Assembly: GCF_009914755.1 (NCBI RefSeq)
Contig: NC_060935.1
Length of the DNA: 64,000 nucleotides
Strand: one strand, 5' to 3'
Source: the human T2T-CHM13v2.0 reference genome, Homo sapiens
The position numbers and the translations under genes are program-made. This document shows, piece after piece, positions 1 through 21,960 of this stretch (within the stretch, counting starts at the first letter, position 1; each line of letters starts with the position of its first letter). Below the pieces are notes generated by a model. The model was not told where the DNA came from. It did not search any database and saw only the letters and a program-made list of their open reading frames with translations.

Positions 1-126
1 AGTCTGACTTGGGGATGTTCTCTTTGCCCAGGTGGCCTACTCTGTGCTGCGTTCTGTGGCACAGTTTAAAGAGCCCTGGTTGAAGTAATTTCCTAAAGAT
101 GACTTAGAGGCATTTGTCTGAGAAGG
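1..126 (+). ncRNA. SNORD15A: Box C/D snoRNA U15A (5' end cut off by the window edge), in RPS3 intron 1
   Basis: D' box CTGA at 4-7. Guide TTAGAGGCATTTGT precedes box D CTGA (118-121) and the GAAGG terminal stem. The 3' end is identical to the paralog at 4132-4154. Confidence 0.95.
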
Positions 127-281
127 GTTGCTGCACTCCTGTTGGAACAAGGGTTTGGAACCATTGGTTGGAGGTATTTAGTTTTGGTGAGGGATGCATT
201 GACTAATAAGACTAGACTGGCTCAGGCGAAAGTGAGCCTACACCGATCTCCTAATTTTGAACTTTGCTTTGTTTGGATTAG

Positions 282-4453
<4,172 letters not shown>

Positions 4454-4732
4454 CAGGTATGTCTGCAAGGGCAGGGGCCTCTTGGGGCATAATAGGGTCC
4501 TTCCGAGTCTTTCTGTTAATACTTGTATCCCACATTCTGGTAAGCGTTTGGTGAATAAAAATTTCATTTATTTGCTTTATGTGGGAGAATACAAGTTGAA
4601 ACCTGGGGTCTATTTAACCCTTGGTTCCAATGGGACAGGTGTTGCCTTTATTCTTTCCAGAAAGAAGTTCCTGCTTTTACTCGTGTATATGAAATAGTTT
4701 TCCCTTATCCTCCCTTATTTGCTCAAAATTTT

Positions 4733-4920
4733 TGGCTCAGTGCAACCTCTGCCTCCCATGTTCAAGCAATTCTCCTGTCTCAGCCTCCCGAGTAGCTGGG
4801 ATTATAGGCACCTGCCACCAAGCCCAGCTAATTTTTGTGTTTTTAGTAGAGACGGGGTTTCACCTTGTTGGCCAGGCTGGTCTCAGACTCCTGACCTCAG
4901 GTGAGCCACTGTGCTTGGCT
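4733..4920 (-). mobile_element. Alu fragment in RPS3 intron 6
   Basis: Partial antisense Alu sequence. Confidence 0.85.
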
Positions 4921-5201
4921 GCTCAAGATTTTCTAGGCACTTTTGCTATTCTGTCCTTTAGCAGCCCCTGTAAAACACTAACAAGCCTCCTGTGGTCAAC
5001 ACTTGGGGTTTTTTTGTTTATAGGTGTTGTGTCTCCAGGTGCCTTGTATTTTTTTTTTTTATATGAAAAAGGACAAACCCTTATGTATGCATTTTATTAA
5101 TGTTGCTGCAAACCCTAAGTGGGAGTGTGTATCCATTTGGTAAATCAGGAACTTAATAACTCTGGTAAAGTTTCTTACTTTTGTGCTTTATTTGGTTTCA
5201 G

Positions 5202-5280
5202 GGTCTCCTTGGCAGCTGTATTCTGGAGTCTGGATGTTGCTCTCTAAAGACCTTTAATAAAATTTTGTACAAAGACACAA
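5202..5280 (+). other. RPS3: RPS3 terminal non-coding exon 7 (short 3' UTR)
   Basis: Acceptor tttggtttcag|GGTCTCC at 5201/5202; AATAAA at 5256-5261. End coordinate is approximate. Confidence 0.9.
5256..5261 (+). terminator. RPS3 proximal polyadenylation signal AATAAA
   Basis: Canonical hexamer about 55 nt into the last exon. Confidence 0.85.
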
Positions 5281-6272
5281 GGTCTGACTAGACTGTTCAG
5301 TATTCAGACTGAGGGGCATGTTGGCCTCTGGAGCATTACATATCTTCTTGGTTTTAACCATACTTGTGGTATTTGCAAGGGCCAGAACAGTAAGACCCAA
5401 GCAGAGCCAACCAGAGAAATAATATTTGTGTGATAGAGAAGGCTGATAGCAAGCAAGGCAGCACCTTGATTCGTTGTCCTGTAGTTCAGGATTGTAGGTT
5501 TAGAAGAGGGATATGTTTGAGTTTTTCCTATGCATAAGGCGATCCACGTTGCACATAGAAAGTGAATATAAATGGCCATTATATTTTGTGTCATGCTGTG
5601 CTCTAAGTGTTCTTTACATATGTACTCGTTAATCAACCTCTCTAAAGTGTAAAGGAAATTTGCTTGCACCACTGAAGGCACATAAGGCTCAGAAGTAAAT
5701 TTGCCTAAGCAGTATAAAGCTATCATTAGAATCCACATTCCTAAGTTGTGTTCTCTTAGGGGATCATGGAACCAGTCATTGGTACTACAGGCTATTATGT
5801 TCTGGAGAACTGTGAAGAACATTTAAATTGTCTCTGATTTTATCTATCAATGTTTTGAAGTATTTTCTACCAGTGTCTGTACTTCACAAGAAATTCGGCA
5901 CTATTTTTTCAGGCAAAACTAGTGAGGGACAGGTTGGCTTGAAAATCATGAGACTGTTGTTAAATCAGATGCTGGTTGATCACAGAGGGGACTTCCAGGG
6001 AAAGCTGTTATCAGGTGGCTGCTTCCTGGTGATGCAGCCTGGCTGATGAGATAACCCTGGCTCCACAGATGGCTTAGCAGGTGCTGTGATGATTTGGTTT
6101 TCTTCTCAATTAGACTGAGCTGCACATGGTGTTTATATTGCTTGGCACATGGTAAGGGCTTAATATTTGAGGTAATTATGTAGGGCGTACACTGACAAGT
6201 ATCTGACCCCCCCTTCCTTTTTGACTCATAAATTGGTCATCTTAACCATTTAAGTGTACACTTCTATAGTGA

Positions 6273-6625
6273 CAGAGTTAGCCCTCTGTCCAAGGGATTT
6301 GCATCTGTGGATTCAACCAACTTTGGGTCAAAAATAATCAAAAAGGATGGTTGTGTGTGTATTGAACATGTAGACTTATTTTTCTTATTTTCAAAATACT
6401 ATATTTTCTTGTCACTTATTTTCTTGTACACTGCAGTTGTAACAGCTATGTAGCATGTACATTAGGTATTAAAAGTAATCCAGTGAAGATTGAAAGTCTA
6501 AGGATGTGCCTAGGTTATCTTAGGTATAAATACTCTACCATTTTGTATAAGGAGTTTAAGCATCTGGGGATTTTGGTATTTGAAGGGGGTCATGGAACCA
6601 ATCATTGGTACTGCAGGAAGACTGC
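6273..6625 (+). mobile_element. MER2-like TcMar-Tigger DNA transposon fossil
   Basis: gcatctgtggattcaaccaac...ggtattaaaagtaatc...ggattttggtatt...catggaaccaatc resembles the MER2 consensus as I recall it. Confidence 0.7.
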
Positions 6626-6730
6626 TCTATATTCTCATTGTGCATCAATCTCCAGAACTTCATCTTGCAGATGTGCTGCCCCTCCCTCACCTTTTTGAAA
6701 GAGCCTTTGATGATTATATGGATTCCTGTC

Positions 6731-7354
<624 letters not shown>

Positions 7355-7483
7355 AAACATCTGCAGATTAAGTGCTGGGAATAGGTTAAGACTGTACTGT
7401 GCCGTATATTAGATTAGGTGATCTTTTAAATTCCTCATGAGTTTTCTCCAGTCCACTTGGAAGTTCAGCCGGTGGGAGAAGTT

Positions 7484-8423
<940 letters not shown>

Positions 8424-8749
8424 TACTCTTCTACATCTTTTACAGAAAACTATGTAAGACAAATGTAGAGCTCAGGTGAGCACTTGGTAACCAGAGTTTG
8501 AGAAGTATAAATTATGCTGGGACTCCCTCTATATGCCACTCTAAACACAGCTCCACCCTCCATAAGTTACCTTGATTTTCTTTTTTGAGACAGGGTCTGG
8601 CTCTATTGCCCAGGCTGGAATGCAGTGGTAGTGGCACAATTTCACTGCAAACTCCACCTTCTGAGCTCAAGCCATCCTCCCACTTCAACCTCCCGGGTAG
8701 CTGGGACTACAGGCACGTGCCACCATCTCTGACTAATTTTTATTTTTAT

Positions 8750-8753
8750 TTTA

Positions 8754-8785
<32 letters not shown>

Positions 8786-10388
8786 TTTTTTTATTGATCA
8801 TTCTTGGGTGTTTCTCGCAGAGGGGGATTTGGCAGGGTCATAGGACAATAGTGGAGGGAAGGTCAGCAGATAAACAAGTGAACAAAGGTCTCTGGTTTTC
8901 CTAGGCAGAGGACCCTGCGGCCTTCCGCAGTGTTTGTGTCCCTGGGTACTTGAGATTAGGGAGTGGTGATGCCTCTTAACGAGCATGCTGCCTTCAAGCA
9001 TCTGTTTAACAAAGCACATCTTGCACCGCCCTTAATCCATTTAACCCTGAGTGGACACAGCACATGTTTCAGAGAGCACAGGGTTGGGGATAAGGTCACA
9101 GATCAACAGGATCCCAAGGCAGAAGAATTTTTCTTAGTACAGAACAAAATGAAAAGTCTCCCATGTCTACTTCTATCCACACAGACCCGGCAACCATCCG
9201 ATTTCTCAATTTTTTCCCCACCCTTCCCGCCTTTCTATTCCACAAAACCGCCATTGTCATCATGGCCCATCCCCAATGAGCCGCTGGGCACACCTCCCAG
9301 ACGGGGTCGTGGCCGGGCAGAGGGGCTCCTCACTTCCCAGTAGGGGCGGCCGGGCAGAAGTGCCCCTCACCTCCCGGATGGGGCGGCTGGCTGGGCGGGG
9401 GGCTGACCCCCCCACCTCCCTCCCGGACGGGGCGGCTGGCCGGGCAGAGGGGTCCTCACTTCCCAGTAGGGGCGGCCGGGCAGAGGCGCCCCTCACCTCC
9501 CGGACGGGGCGGCCGGCCGGGCGGGGGGCTGACCCCCCCACCTCCCTCCCGGACGGGGCGGCTGGCCAGGCGGGGGGCTGACCCCCCCCTCCCCCCTCCC
9601 GGACTGGGCGGCTGGCCGGGCGGGGGGCTGACCCCACACCTCCCTCCCGGACGGGGCGGCTGGCCGGGCGGGGGGCTGACCCCCCCACCTCCCTCCTGGA
9701 CGGGGCGACTGGCCGGGCGGAGACGCTCCTCACTTCCCAGACGGGGTGGCTGCTGGACGGAGGGGCTCCTCACTTCTCAGACGGGGCGGTTGCCAGGCAG
9801 AGGGTTTCCTCACTTCTCAGACGGGGCGGCCGGGCAGAGGCGCTCCTCACATCCCAGACAGGGCGGCGGGGCAGAGGTGCTCCCCACATCTCAGACGATG
9901 GGCGGCCGGGCAGAGACGCTGCTCACTTCCTAGATGGGATGGCGGCGGGGAAGAGGCGCTCCTCGCTTCCTAGATGGGATGGCGGCTGGGCAGAGACGCT
10001 CCTCACTTTCCAGACTGGGCAGCCAGGCAGAGGGGCTCCTCATATCCCAGACGATGGGCGGCCAGGCAGAGACGCTCCTCACTTCCCAGACGGGGTGGCG
10101 GCCGGGCAGAGGCTGCAATCTCGGCACTTTGGGAGGCCAAGGCAGGCGGCTGGGAGGTGGTTGTAGCGAGCCGAGATCACGCCACTGCACTCCAGCCTGG
10201 GCACCATTGAGCACTGAGTGAACGAGACTCCGTCTGCAATCCCGGCACCTCGGGAGGCCGAGGCTGGCGGATCACTCGCGGTTAGGAGCTGGAGACCAGC
10301 CCGGCCAACACAGCAAAACCCCGTCTCCACCAAAAAAAAACGAAAACCATTCAGGCGTGGCGGCGCGCGCCTGCAATCGCAGGCACTC
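8750..10388 (-). mobile_element. SVA retrotransposon, 5'-truncated with no CCCTCT hexamer (probably SVA_D-like)
   Basis: Poly(A)/AATAAA end at about 8750-8795; SINE-R about 8795-9290; GC-rich VNTR about 9290-10100; Alu-like domain ending at ctgcaatcgcaggcactc (10388). Confidence 0.95.
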
Positions 10389-10685
10389 TATTTTTTATTA
10401 TTTTTTGAGACAGTCTCGCTCTGTCACCCAGGCTGGAGTGCAGTGGCGAGATCTTGGCTCACTGCAAGCTCCGCCTCCCAGGTTCACGCCATTATCCTGC
10501 CTCAGCCTCCTAAGTAGCTGGGACTACAGGTGCCTGCCACCACGCCTGGCTAGTTTTTTGTATTTTTCGTAGAGATGGGGTTTCACCATGTTAGCCAGGA
10601 TGGTCTCGATCTCTTGACCTCGTGATCTGCCCACCTCAGCCTCCCAAAGTGCTGGGATTACAGGCATGAGCCACCGTGCCCGGCC
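10389..10685 (-). mobile_element. AluY-like SINE whose tail hosts the SVA
   Basis: Full antisense dimer with the Y-type motif gcaagctccgcctcccaggttcacgcc. Confidence 0.88.
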
Positions 10686-10867
10686 TAATTTTTATATTTT
10701 TAGTAGAGATGGGGTTTCACCATGTTGCCCAGTCTGGTCTTGAACTCTTGACCTGAAATGATCCTCCTTCCTCGGCCTCCCAAAGTGCTGGGAATACAGA
10801 TGTGAGCCACTGTGCTTGGCATTTACCTTGATTTTCAAAGTAATTGCCTCCCTAGACAGTATAATGA

Positions 10868-11199
<332 letters not shown>

Positions 11200-11735
11200 C
11201 TTAATATGTCTTAAGTGGGGAGGGAGAGTTGAAAATGCTTGTTGCTTGACCAAATGGCATTACTCTTCCAGCCAGGGCTGTGCCACAGGAGTGCTGTTCA
11301 GTAGAGGAATTAAGTGGTTCCCTGAATTTAGCTGCTGTTAGGGAAGGTGGGAAGACCTCTAAGGTAATTCTTAAAGGCCTTGTGGCTCTTGGTGAAGCAG
11401 TCTGACATTGTCAGTGTCCTTTAGGGACAACCATTCAGCCTTATGTGTGGTGCTGGACACAGCCAGAGATCTTAGCTTGTAATCTGTGCAAGTAGATGGA
11501 ATCCTGCTTCAGTAGTGGTCATGGCCCCACCCTCAGGACTGCAAAAGACTTCCAGTTAAATACCCAGGTAAAGCCCATCTACAGCACCCTTGAAGGAAAG
11601 GCCAAACAAGGACTCATCTTCCCCTCTTTGTGCTTTTGTACCTGGCTGTTTACACTGCTTGCACCCTTGTGACTGACTCCAGTAGAACTTAGTTGAAACT
11701 TGCCTTTGTGAAGCCTTCCCTGATCTGGCTCTTGC

Positions 11736-11825
11736 TGTTGTGGACTGATTTATGTCCCCCCAAATTCTTATGTTGAAGCCCTAACCTCCAGCACGACTGT
11801 ATTTGGAGCCTTTAAGGAGGTATTG
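11736..11825 (+). mobile_element. MLT1-type MaLR LTR 5' fragment
   Basis: tgttgtggactg...tgtccccccaaattcttatgttgaagccctaacc...gtatttggagcctttaaggaggta. Confidence 0.6.
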
Positions 11826-12275
11826 TGGCACTGGCTTGGCTCTTGTCATGGACTCTATTGCCTTTCCTGGCTGGACCTCTCTGCAGCTCCATCTTTCCTA
11901 CTTCCACAGTGGGGGCTTGATGAATGAGGAGAGACTTGCTTACTTGTAGCTCTCCTGAATGTTCTTCAAGCCAAGGCTATCATTACCTCTCTCTGTTCCT
12001 TTCCATTTCAAAATAGGGTTTGGGAGAAGGGGGCAAGAAGAGGCATTGAATATGCAGATGGGGGTACATACTGCCCTCAGGGACTCCTGCCTCCACCCCA
12101 CCAGTGATCCCAAAGTAACTGGATGTTCTCTGCAGGAGAGTAGGAGGTTCAGGCCAAAGGAGCCAAGGCTGAGGGCCAGGGGTCACAGGAAAGTTCGAGA
12201 GTCATTTTCTTTCTGTCAGGGCTTCAGATATAAAATCTGATTGCCAGTGAAATAAAGATGATACTAATCTATGTG

Positions 12276-13064
<789 letters not shown>

Positions 13065-13299
13065 CCTTCTTGTATATTCTTAAAGAGATACAGTCCATGT
13101 ATACACCACTGAATGTGTGTATTTTTATCTTTTCCCAGATGCTATTACCTTAAGTATGACAATACTGGCAGCTTAATGCACAGTTTGTTCAGAAGCCATT
13201 TTAGAAAGAGCAGGCCTGCCCTCTCAGGGTAACCTCACCACAACAGGATTTTAGGGAAGACTCCCACATTGGAGGCAAGAACCCTCTGAGCTGGATGCC

Positions 13300-14176
<877 letters not shown>

Positions 14177-14907
14177 CTAGTCATTAGGTTTCCTGGCAGC
14201 TGCTGACAGACTGGGAGCTGGGAGCTGCTTAACTGATCAGCTTGCCCATCAGGCAAGGAGAGAACACCTGCTAGTAATGTGAGCTCTTGGGGATAGACCC
14301 AGAGGGTGAGCCAGTCAGGGATGAAAACACCACCATTAGCGGAGAGAACCAGGAGAAGCACAATGTGTGCTGAGAGGACAGTGGATAAAGGGTTTTTTGG
14401 GGGATCCACTCCCAGACAGAAGCTGGGCTGGCAAGGCTGCTGAAGCCCACAGCGTAATGTGATAATCTGGAGTCTGCTACCTGCATCTGTGACCTCACAC
14501 CACCAAGGGGAGGTCCAAGAAATTTCAGCCACAGACCCCACCCAGTCCACCACCTCCAGTCAGCCATGCTCCTCACTCTTACCTGGGAAATTAAGCAAAG
14601 GCTATGAGTATCTCAGTGCTGCTGTGGTGGTGAGGCGAGTGGGAACACCTTCCTCTGCAGTGCTTTACTAAGGGGACTTGAGATGCGGGGAGAAGCTGAG
14701 CATTGCAGTCAGACCTGGGATCAAATTCTGGCACCAGCACTGATTGAGTGGGTGACCTTGGACCTTTCTGATCCTCAGTTATCTCACAGGGCTGTTGTGG
14801 GAGTTAAAGGAGATGTAACTACTAATACGCATTTCTGTGTTTCTTCTCTAGTGTTTATCATCTATTCCCTCTGTTTGGAGACATTATAACAGTTAAGAGC
14901 CCAGCTC

Positions 14908-15508
<601 letters not shown>

Positions 15509-15969
15509 TCAACACTCATTGTAGAAAACTTGGACAATAAAGGATAACATGGCTAAGAGAAAAATTAAAGAAAACCCCAGCTATTCAAGCCCGACAGTTT
15601 GGATTCAGCACCAGGTATACAACTTAGCAGTATGAGCGCAAGCACATCAGTTACCTCCCTGTTCCTCCCTTTGGTCATCTGCATGTAGAGTGCTTAGCAC
15701 AATGCCTGACCTATCACAGCAAGTGCCCAATTAGTGCTAGCTGTTACTATTACCACTACTTAAGCATATCCTCTTGGATTTTAATACCTAAATTCATGAT
15801 ATTGGATTCTCCCCATCCCAACTGTACGTGCACTGACTACAGGTGCCATGCTTTCTGTTTCTGTTCAAAAGGTGGGCATAGCTGGGCAGATAATCAATAT
15901 TCCCATTTTACAATGGTGAATTTGGCCTTTTACTGTGCCTTGTTCCATTTTCCATCTTGATTATTTCTA

Positions 15970-16247
15970 TTTTTTTTTTTTTTTTTTGAGACAAAGTCTC
16001 ACTGTCACTTAGGCTGGAGTACAGTGGCATGATCTCAGCTCACTGCAACCTCCGCCTCCTGGGTTCAAGTGATTCTCATGCCTCAGCCTCCTGAGTAGCT
16101 GGGATTACAGGCATGCACTAGCACACCTGGCTAATTTTTAATTTTTAGTAGAGACGGGGTTTCACCATGTTGGCCAGGCTGGTCTTGAACTCCCAACGTG
16201 TGGTGATCCGCCCACCTCAGCCTCCCAAAGTGCTGGGATTACAGGCA
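15970..16247 (-). mobile_element. AluS-like SINE
   Basis: Antisense dimer. Confidence 0.88.
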
Positions 16248-16696
16248 TCCATCTAGTGATTATTTCTGAGATCTGATGTTGCTATGTATAAATGCAGCTG
16301 TTGTATTTCAAAGTAGGGCCTGCCAGCATCAGAGCTGGAAAACATTGAAGTATCATAGAGAGTGAATATTTTCAACCTCAGAGATTGTTTTTCTTACTGT
16401 TCTCCTCAGGGACATTAGATTTTGATATTATTTTATCAACCAAACCATTCTCTTTTTTTCCTTATAACACCCAGACTGGTATGACTCTCTGTTATTAGCC
16501 AAAGCTACATTTATAGCGTAAGCATGACCATGGTGAGAAGATAATTGTTATATGCCCTGAGCTTGCTGTAAACATTTAATCTTCCTGACATCCCTTATAA
16601 TGGACAGATTTCATTACTAACCTCATTTTACAAGTTTAATCCATACAGTACATCTTAGGCAGAACTGGTGATTTTTCTTAGGCTTTAAGAAATATT

Positions 16697-17205
<509 letters not shown>

Positions 17206-18776
17206 TAAGAAACATTGGCTGGTCTCCTGGCCCCTCCTGGGCCCTCCTGACCCCTTCCCAGAGTCACAGCCCCAGGCCCTTGCTTTCTGAGGTGCTGCTT
17301 GTCCCAGGGGACTGAACTGCTGGTGGTGTGCCCCAGGTGCAGGATATTGCCACTGGAAAGTACACCTGTAAGGGGATGCTGGGGTCTTGGGAAGGAAGGT
17401 GACTGTTAACCTATGGAGATCAGCTTACTACTGTGTGAGCATTGGCCAAAATGACCAGGCTGCCCAGCCTCGGCCCGGATCAAGATCTAGAGGCCAGGAA
17501 GGAAGTGGGCCTGCCTCTCGGTCAGATAAGAGGTGCAGATACGGGCTCCACCCCTCCAGGACCACCAGCAACCAGGGTGTTTGCAGCCTCACAGCCTGGT
17601 TTTCCACAAGTCTGCCCCATCCCTAAGGCCACACAGCTGAAGCTTTGGCTCTGCTTTCATTCCAGGGATGGGCAGGCTGGCATTGGGCCACCTGCTGCCC
17701 CTGGCCCCAGATTCTCTGGGTGGGGGGCCATGTGATCCATCTGGCTGGGGCAATGCCAGGACCACCCCACCCATTTCAGTGTCCTAATTCTTACTTTGTT
17801 CTGCCATTGTGGCAGTCTGGTGGTAAATATAACCTTTTGACAGTTTTTGAACTGCCTGGAACCCAAGATCCTAAACATTTTTTAACCGTATTTGGGTTAT
17901 CTTTTATTTTGGTTTTTATCCCCAATGGAGAAAAATCAAGATGGAAAAAAGTTATTTTAAAATACACGATGGGTGGCAGCAGTGGTGGTAGGGAAAAAAA
18001 AGGTAAAAAAATTTTTTAAAAAATAAAGTACAGGATGAAGTGAATTGAAAGATTTGTTTAATGCACTCTTCTTCAAGGATAGTATTCCTGTGTTCATAAA
18101 ATTTGAGAATAAATTGGTCTCGAATTAAAAAAAAATTTTAGAATGTCAAGATCCTAACTTCCAATTTGAGAACACGTAACGTGAGTCTCTGGATTGGGAA
18201 TGACTTATGTGATCCCAAACCCTCATTTTCACAAAGAAGGTGGAGCCCTAGTAGCTCTGAAATTCAAATGAAGCCATGCCTCTGCTGCCTGGTCCAGTGC
18301 TGTGCTAACCCCTCAGCCTGCCCAGGTACAGCTGGGTCTTTGTCCACCGAGCAGGGAGTTCCACTGTGATATATGCATCCCACCCTCACTGGCAGGCCAT
18401 TGACTACACCTGCAACCAGCCTATTCTCACAGCCCTTTTTGTGGTGAGCAGGAGAGCTGGACTCTGAGCCCCCCAGTTGCCTAGAGAGAGGGTAGAGCTG
18501 GCCTTTAATTAAGGACTTTTTTGCTTTTTAGAGCGAGCTTCCGGGGAAGCATAGCACAGCAATAGGGCCACTTTCCTGCCAGAGGGGGTGGGTGCCAAAG
18601 GATGTGGGTCTTTTGCTCACTGGTTTACCCTCAGCATACCAGGAAAAATAGTCATCCTGATTCACTGTTTGGTCCAAGTTTTTATCACACAGTATTGTGT
18701 GATGAAATCCTTTCTGTAGAATGATTTAACTGGATGAAAATAACCATGTTTCTTTTTTGTCTTTAGAAATATGTTA

Positions 18777-19420
<644 letters not shown>

Positions 19421-21524
19421 TCATTTTTTTAAAAAATAAATCTTGTTCTTTGGAAGACCATTAAGAATAGTCATAAAATATCCTTACAAATAGAACTGCT
19501 CAAAAAAGAAACTCAAAAACTAAATTTGAGTTCAGTGGCTTCTGAGGGTATACCACGAGTGAAGTCTCTTATGTTCTCAACAAGGGAGCGAACGGCAAAG
19601 CCGCACACCTGAGGGCTCAGTGCTCTCAGGATTCATGGCCTGGCTTCCTGCTAAGTGGTAGCAGGTCCCTCTCTTTCATTTGGACTGAGTGTCCAAAGTG
19701 CAGTGGATTAGGAGCCAGGGAGATCCTCCATTTTTGGTGTTTTGGTTTAACCAATAGTCCTAGGAGCTTAGCACACCTGGGGTGTCACCTTTTGCTTGTG
19801 TTTGTGAACCTCTCTTATCAGGGACAAGAACCATGTGTCCATCTAGCTGCAGGCCTCTAGGGTGGGGACAGTATCCCATCAGACAGGGATTCCCCATGGT
19901 GCAAATGATGGTCTCTCCTCCTTCGACACATCTGTGCTGCACTCAAGCCATTTGTCAGGTTAGCAGAGCCTGGGGGAGGCAGTGTGGAGAGAGCTGGCTT
20001 CGGAGATAGCTGGGCCCAGGTCTGAATCCTGGCTCTGCTGCCACTTCCCAGCCCAATGACTTTAGTCACTTCACCTCACAAGGCTGAGTCTCTGTTTCCT
20101 CATTTGTGAGGGGGCAGGCGGGCGGCAATAGTGCCTGCCTTACACTATTACAAGATTTAGTGTAGTCAGTGGGAAGCCTTGTTCCAGGCGCTGGAGGACA
20201 CAGGTGAAACTGACACCTTTCCTGCCTCAAGGGGAATCCTATGGGTGTGTCAGGGGAGACTAGAGAAGTCACATAAAAGAAAGACCTGGCCATGTGCCCG
20301 GTGATAGAGGAGGGCAGCGGATAAGGAAGGGGCACAAGGAGAAGAGGCAACTCGGGTTGAGGTTATAAGGTGGGCCTGGGCAGACAAAGGAGAGGGCACG
20401 TGCACGAAAGCGCACTGGAGGCACGAACAGTCAGCATGGGGTAAATGGGGCGCCCTGCCTGGCATGTGGGAAGGGTCCAGCCAACTAAGATGCCCACTTG
20501 TTTGGGAGGAGCGTGCCCTGGATCTGCCCCTGCCTTTTCCCTGGGTAGGCCAGTGATATGATGCCTTCTTTGCTTTGTCCTGAGCGTTCCCCATAGGGTG
20601 GGCGCAGGCAGGCTAACTGTCCCCACTCCCCTCCTCCACTGCCATTATCAGCTGTGTCCAGATGGTCACAGGCTCCCTAATCTGGGATAATCGGCGGGTC
20701 GGAGCTCAGCTGGGACCCGGGCCTTTACTCCTGCCATGATGGGCCGGCCCCAGCTGGAGAGACCCTGTAGACAGGGCCCTGGGGCTTTGGAAGATGGGGT
20801 GGGATGTGGGGCTGGCTCTGTGCTGAAGGGAGATGCAAGGAGCAGATGATCGCTCTTCTTCCAAAGGCAATCTGAGTACAAATGAGGGGGAGCCTGCAGC
20901 TGGGGCCTGGCCAGCTCCTCCAGGCCTCACAGCGATATGCACAGAGCCTCGCAGAATCTGTCTATGGTGTCTTTTGTTCCCTTTCTCTCCCTCTCTGAGC
21001 TCACCCCTCCCTACCCAGCAGTTTGTTGCTGCCCCTAGAGCCCCAGGCTTATAATGACATCAGGGGCTTGTGCCCCCATTGACGTTGGACACCTGACAGA
21101 TTCAGGTGCAGAGCCAGGGTGACTGGCTTCTCAGAGGCCCATGGCTACGGTGCCCCCACCCTGGGCCTGCAGTTTGCTGTGAGCCTCCACTCCGTAGTTG
21201 TTCAGGGATCCATAACTGTTTTTGTTTTGTTTCAGCCTCTTCCATGAGTGGGGAGCCCGCTGCTTGTCTCCAGCTCCTAGCAGTGAGTCCTGATAATCTC
21301 AAATTTAAGGACAGTAACTTTGTCTGGGATGAGTGTGGGAAAGGATGTGTTTGGGAACAGACGCGAGCCTGCAGAGGTGTTTGTAACCATCTCTTTCTAA
21401 GTGGTGGGAAGCAGACATTTTATTCTTTAACTGTTAATATATATAGTGTGTGTTTTTTATGCATGAAATATTTTATAGTTTTTAAAAATGCCCACACTAC
21501 TATTTTGAAAGTAAATGAGGTAAT

Positions 21525-21855
21525 GTATGTGTCAGAACCCAATACCCAAAGCGATCGTAGTAAGAGGTGGGGCCTTTGGGAAGGCATTAAATTGCTTAGG
21601 GAATGAGGGTGGAACCCTCATGAATGAGATTAGAGCCTTATAGGAGAGGTTGGAGGGAGTTGCCTGGCCTCCCTCTCCCATGTGAAGACTCAGCAAGAAA
21701 ACATTATTTAGGAAGCAGAGAGCCCTCATCAAACACCAGATCTGCTGGCCACCTGATCTGGCACTTTCCAGCCTTCAGAACTGTGAGAAATAAATTTCTG
21801 TTGTCTATAAATCACCCAGTCTAAGGTGTTTTGTGATAGTAGCCCAGACAGACTG
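21525..21855 (+). mobile_element. ERVL-MaLR solo LTR (MST/MLT1A type)
   Basis: gaggtggggcctttggga...catgtgaagac...ccagccttcagaactgtgagaaataaatttctgttg...aatcacccagtctaagg...gtagcccagacagact. Confidence 0.85.
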
Positions 21856-21960
21856 CAATGGTATAAAAGTGCTTCATCAAGAGTAAACACAGGGAGCAAA
21901 TATTAGACATTCCATCTCCAGGCAGGGCAGACTGCAGCTGGAACACAGACCCAACAAGAT

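Larger units (their letters stand above)
8577..10820 (-). mobile_element. Old AluJ-like element split in its linker (8577-8740 and 10686-10820) by AluY and SVA insertions
   Basis: One arm ends at gactaattttta and the other resumes at taatttttatatttttagtagag. Confidence 0.75.

Noticed and set aside
4457-5201. Search for further U15-like snoRNA copies in other RPS3 introns
   Set aside because: I saw no paired C/D boxes with a terminal stem or the guide sequence.
9290-10100. Regularly spaced repeats resembling a CRISPR array
   Set aside because: This is the SVA VNTR in a primate genome; it has no unique spacers and no cas genes.
8798-10517. Many overlapping ORFs (e.g. 8963-9343 MVMPLNEHAAFKHLF..., 9260-9733)
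   Set aside because: They lie wholly within the SVA SINE-R, VNTR and Alu-like domains and are typical spurious translations.
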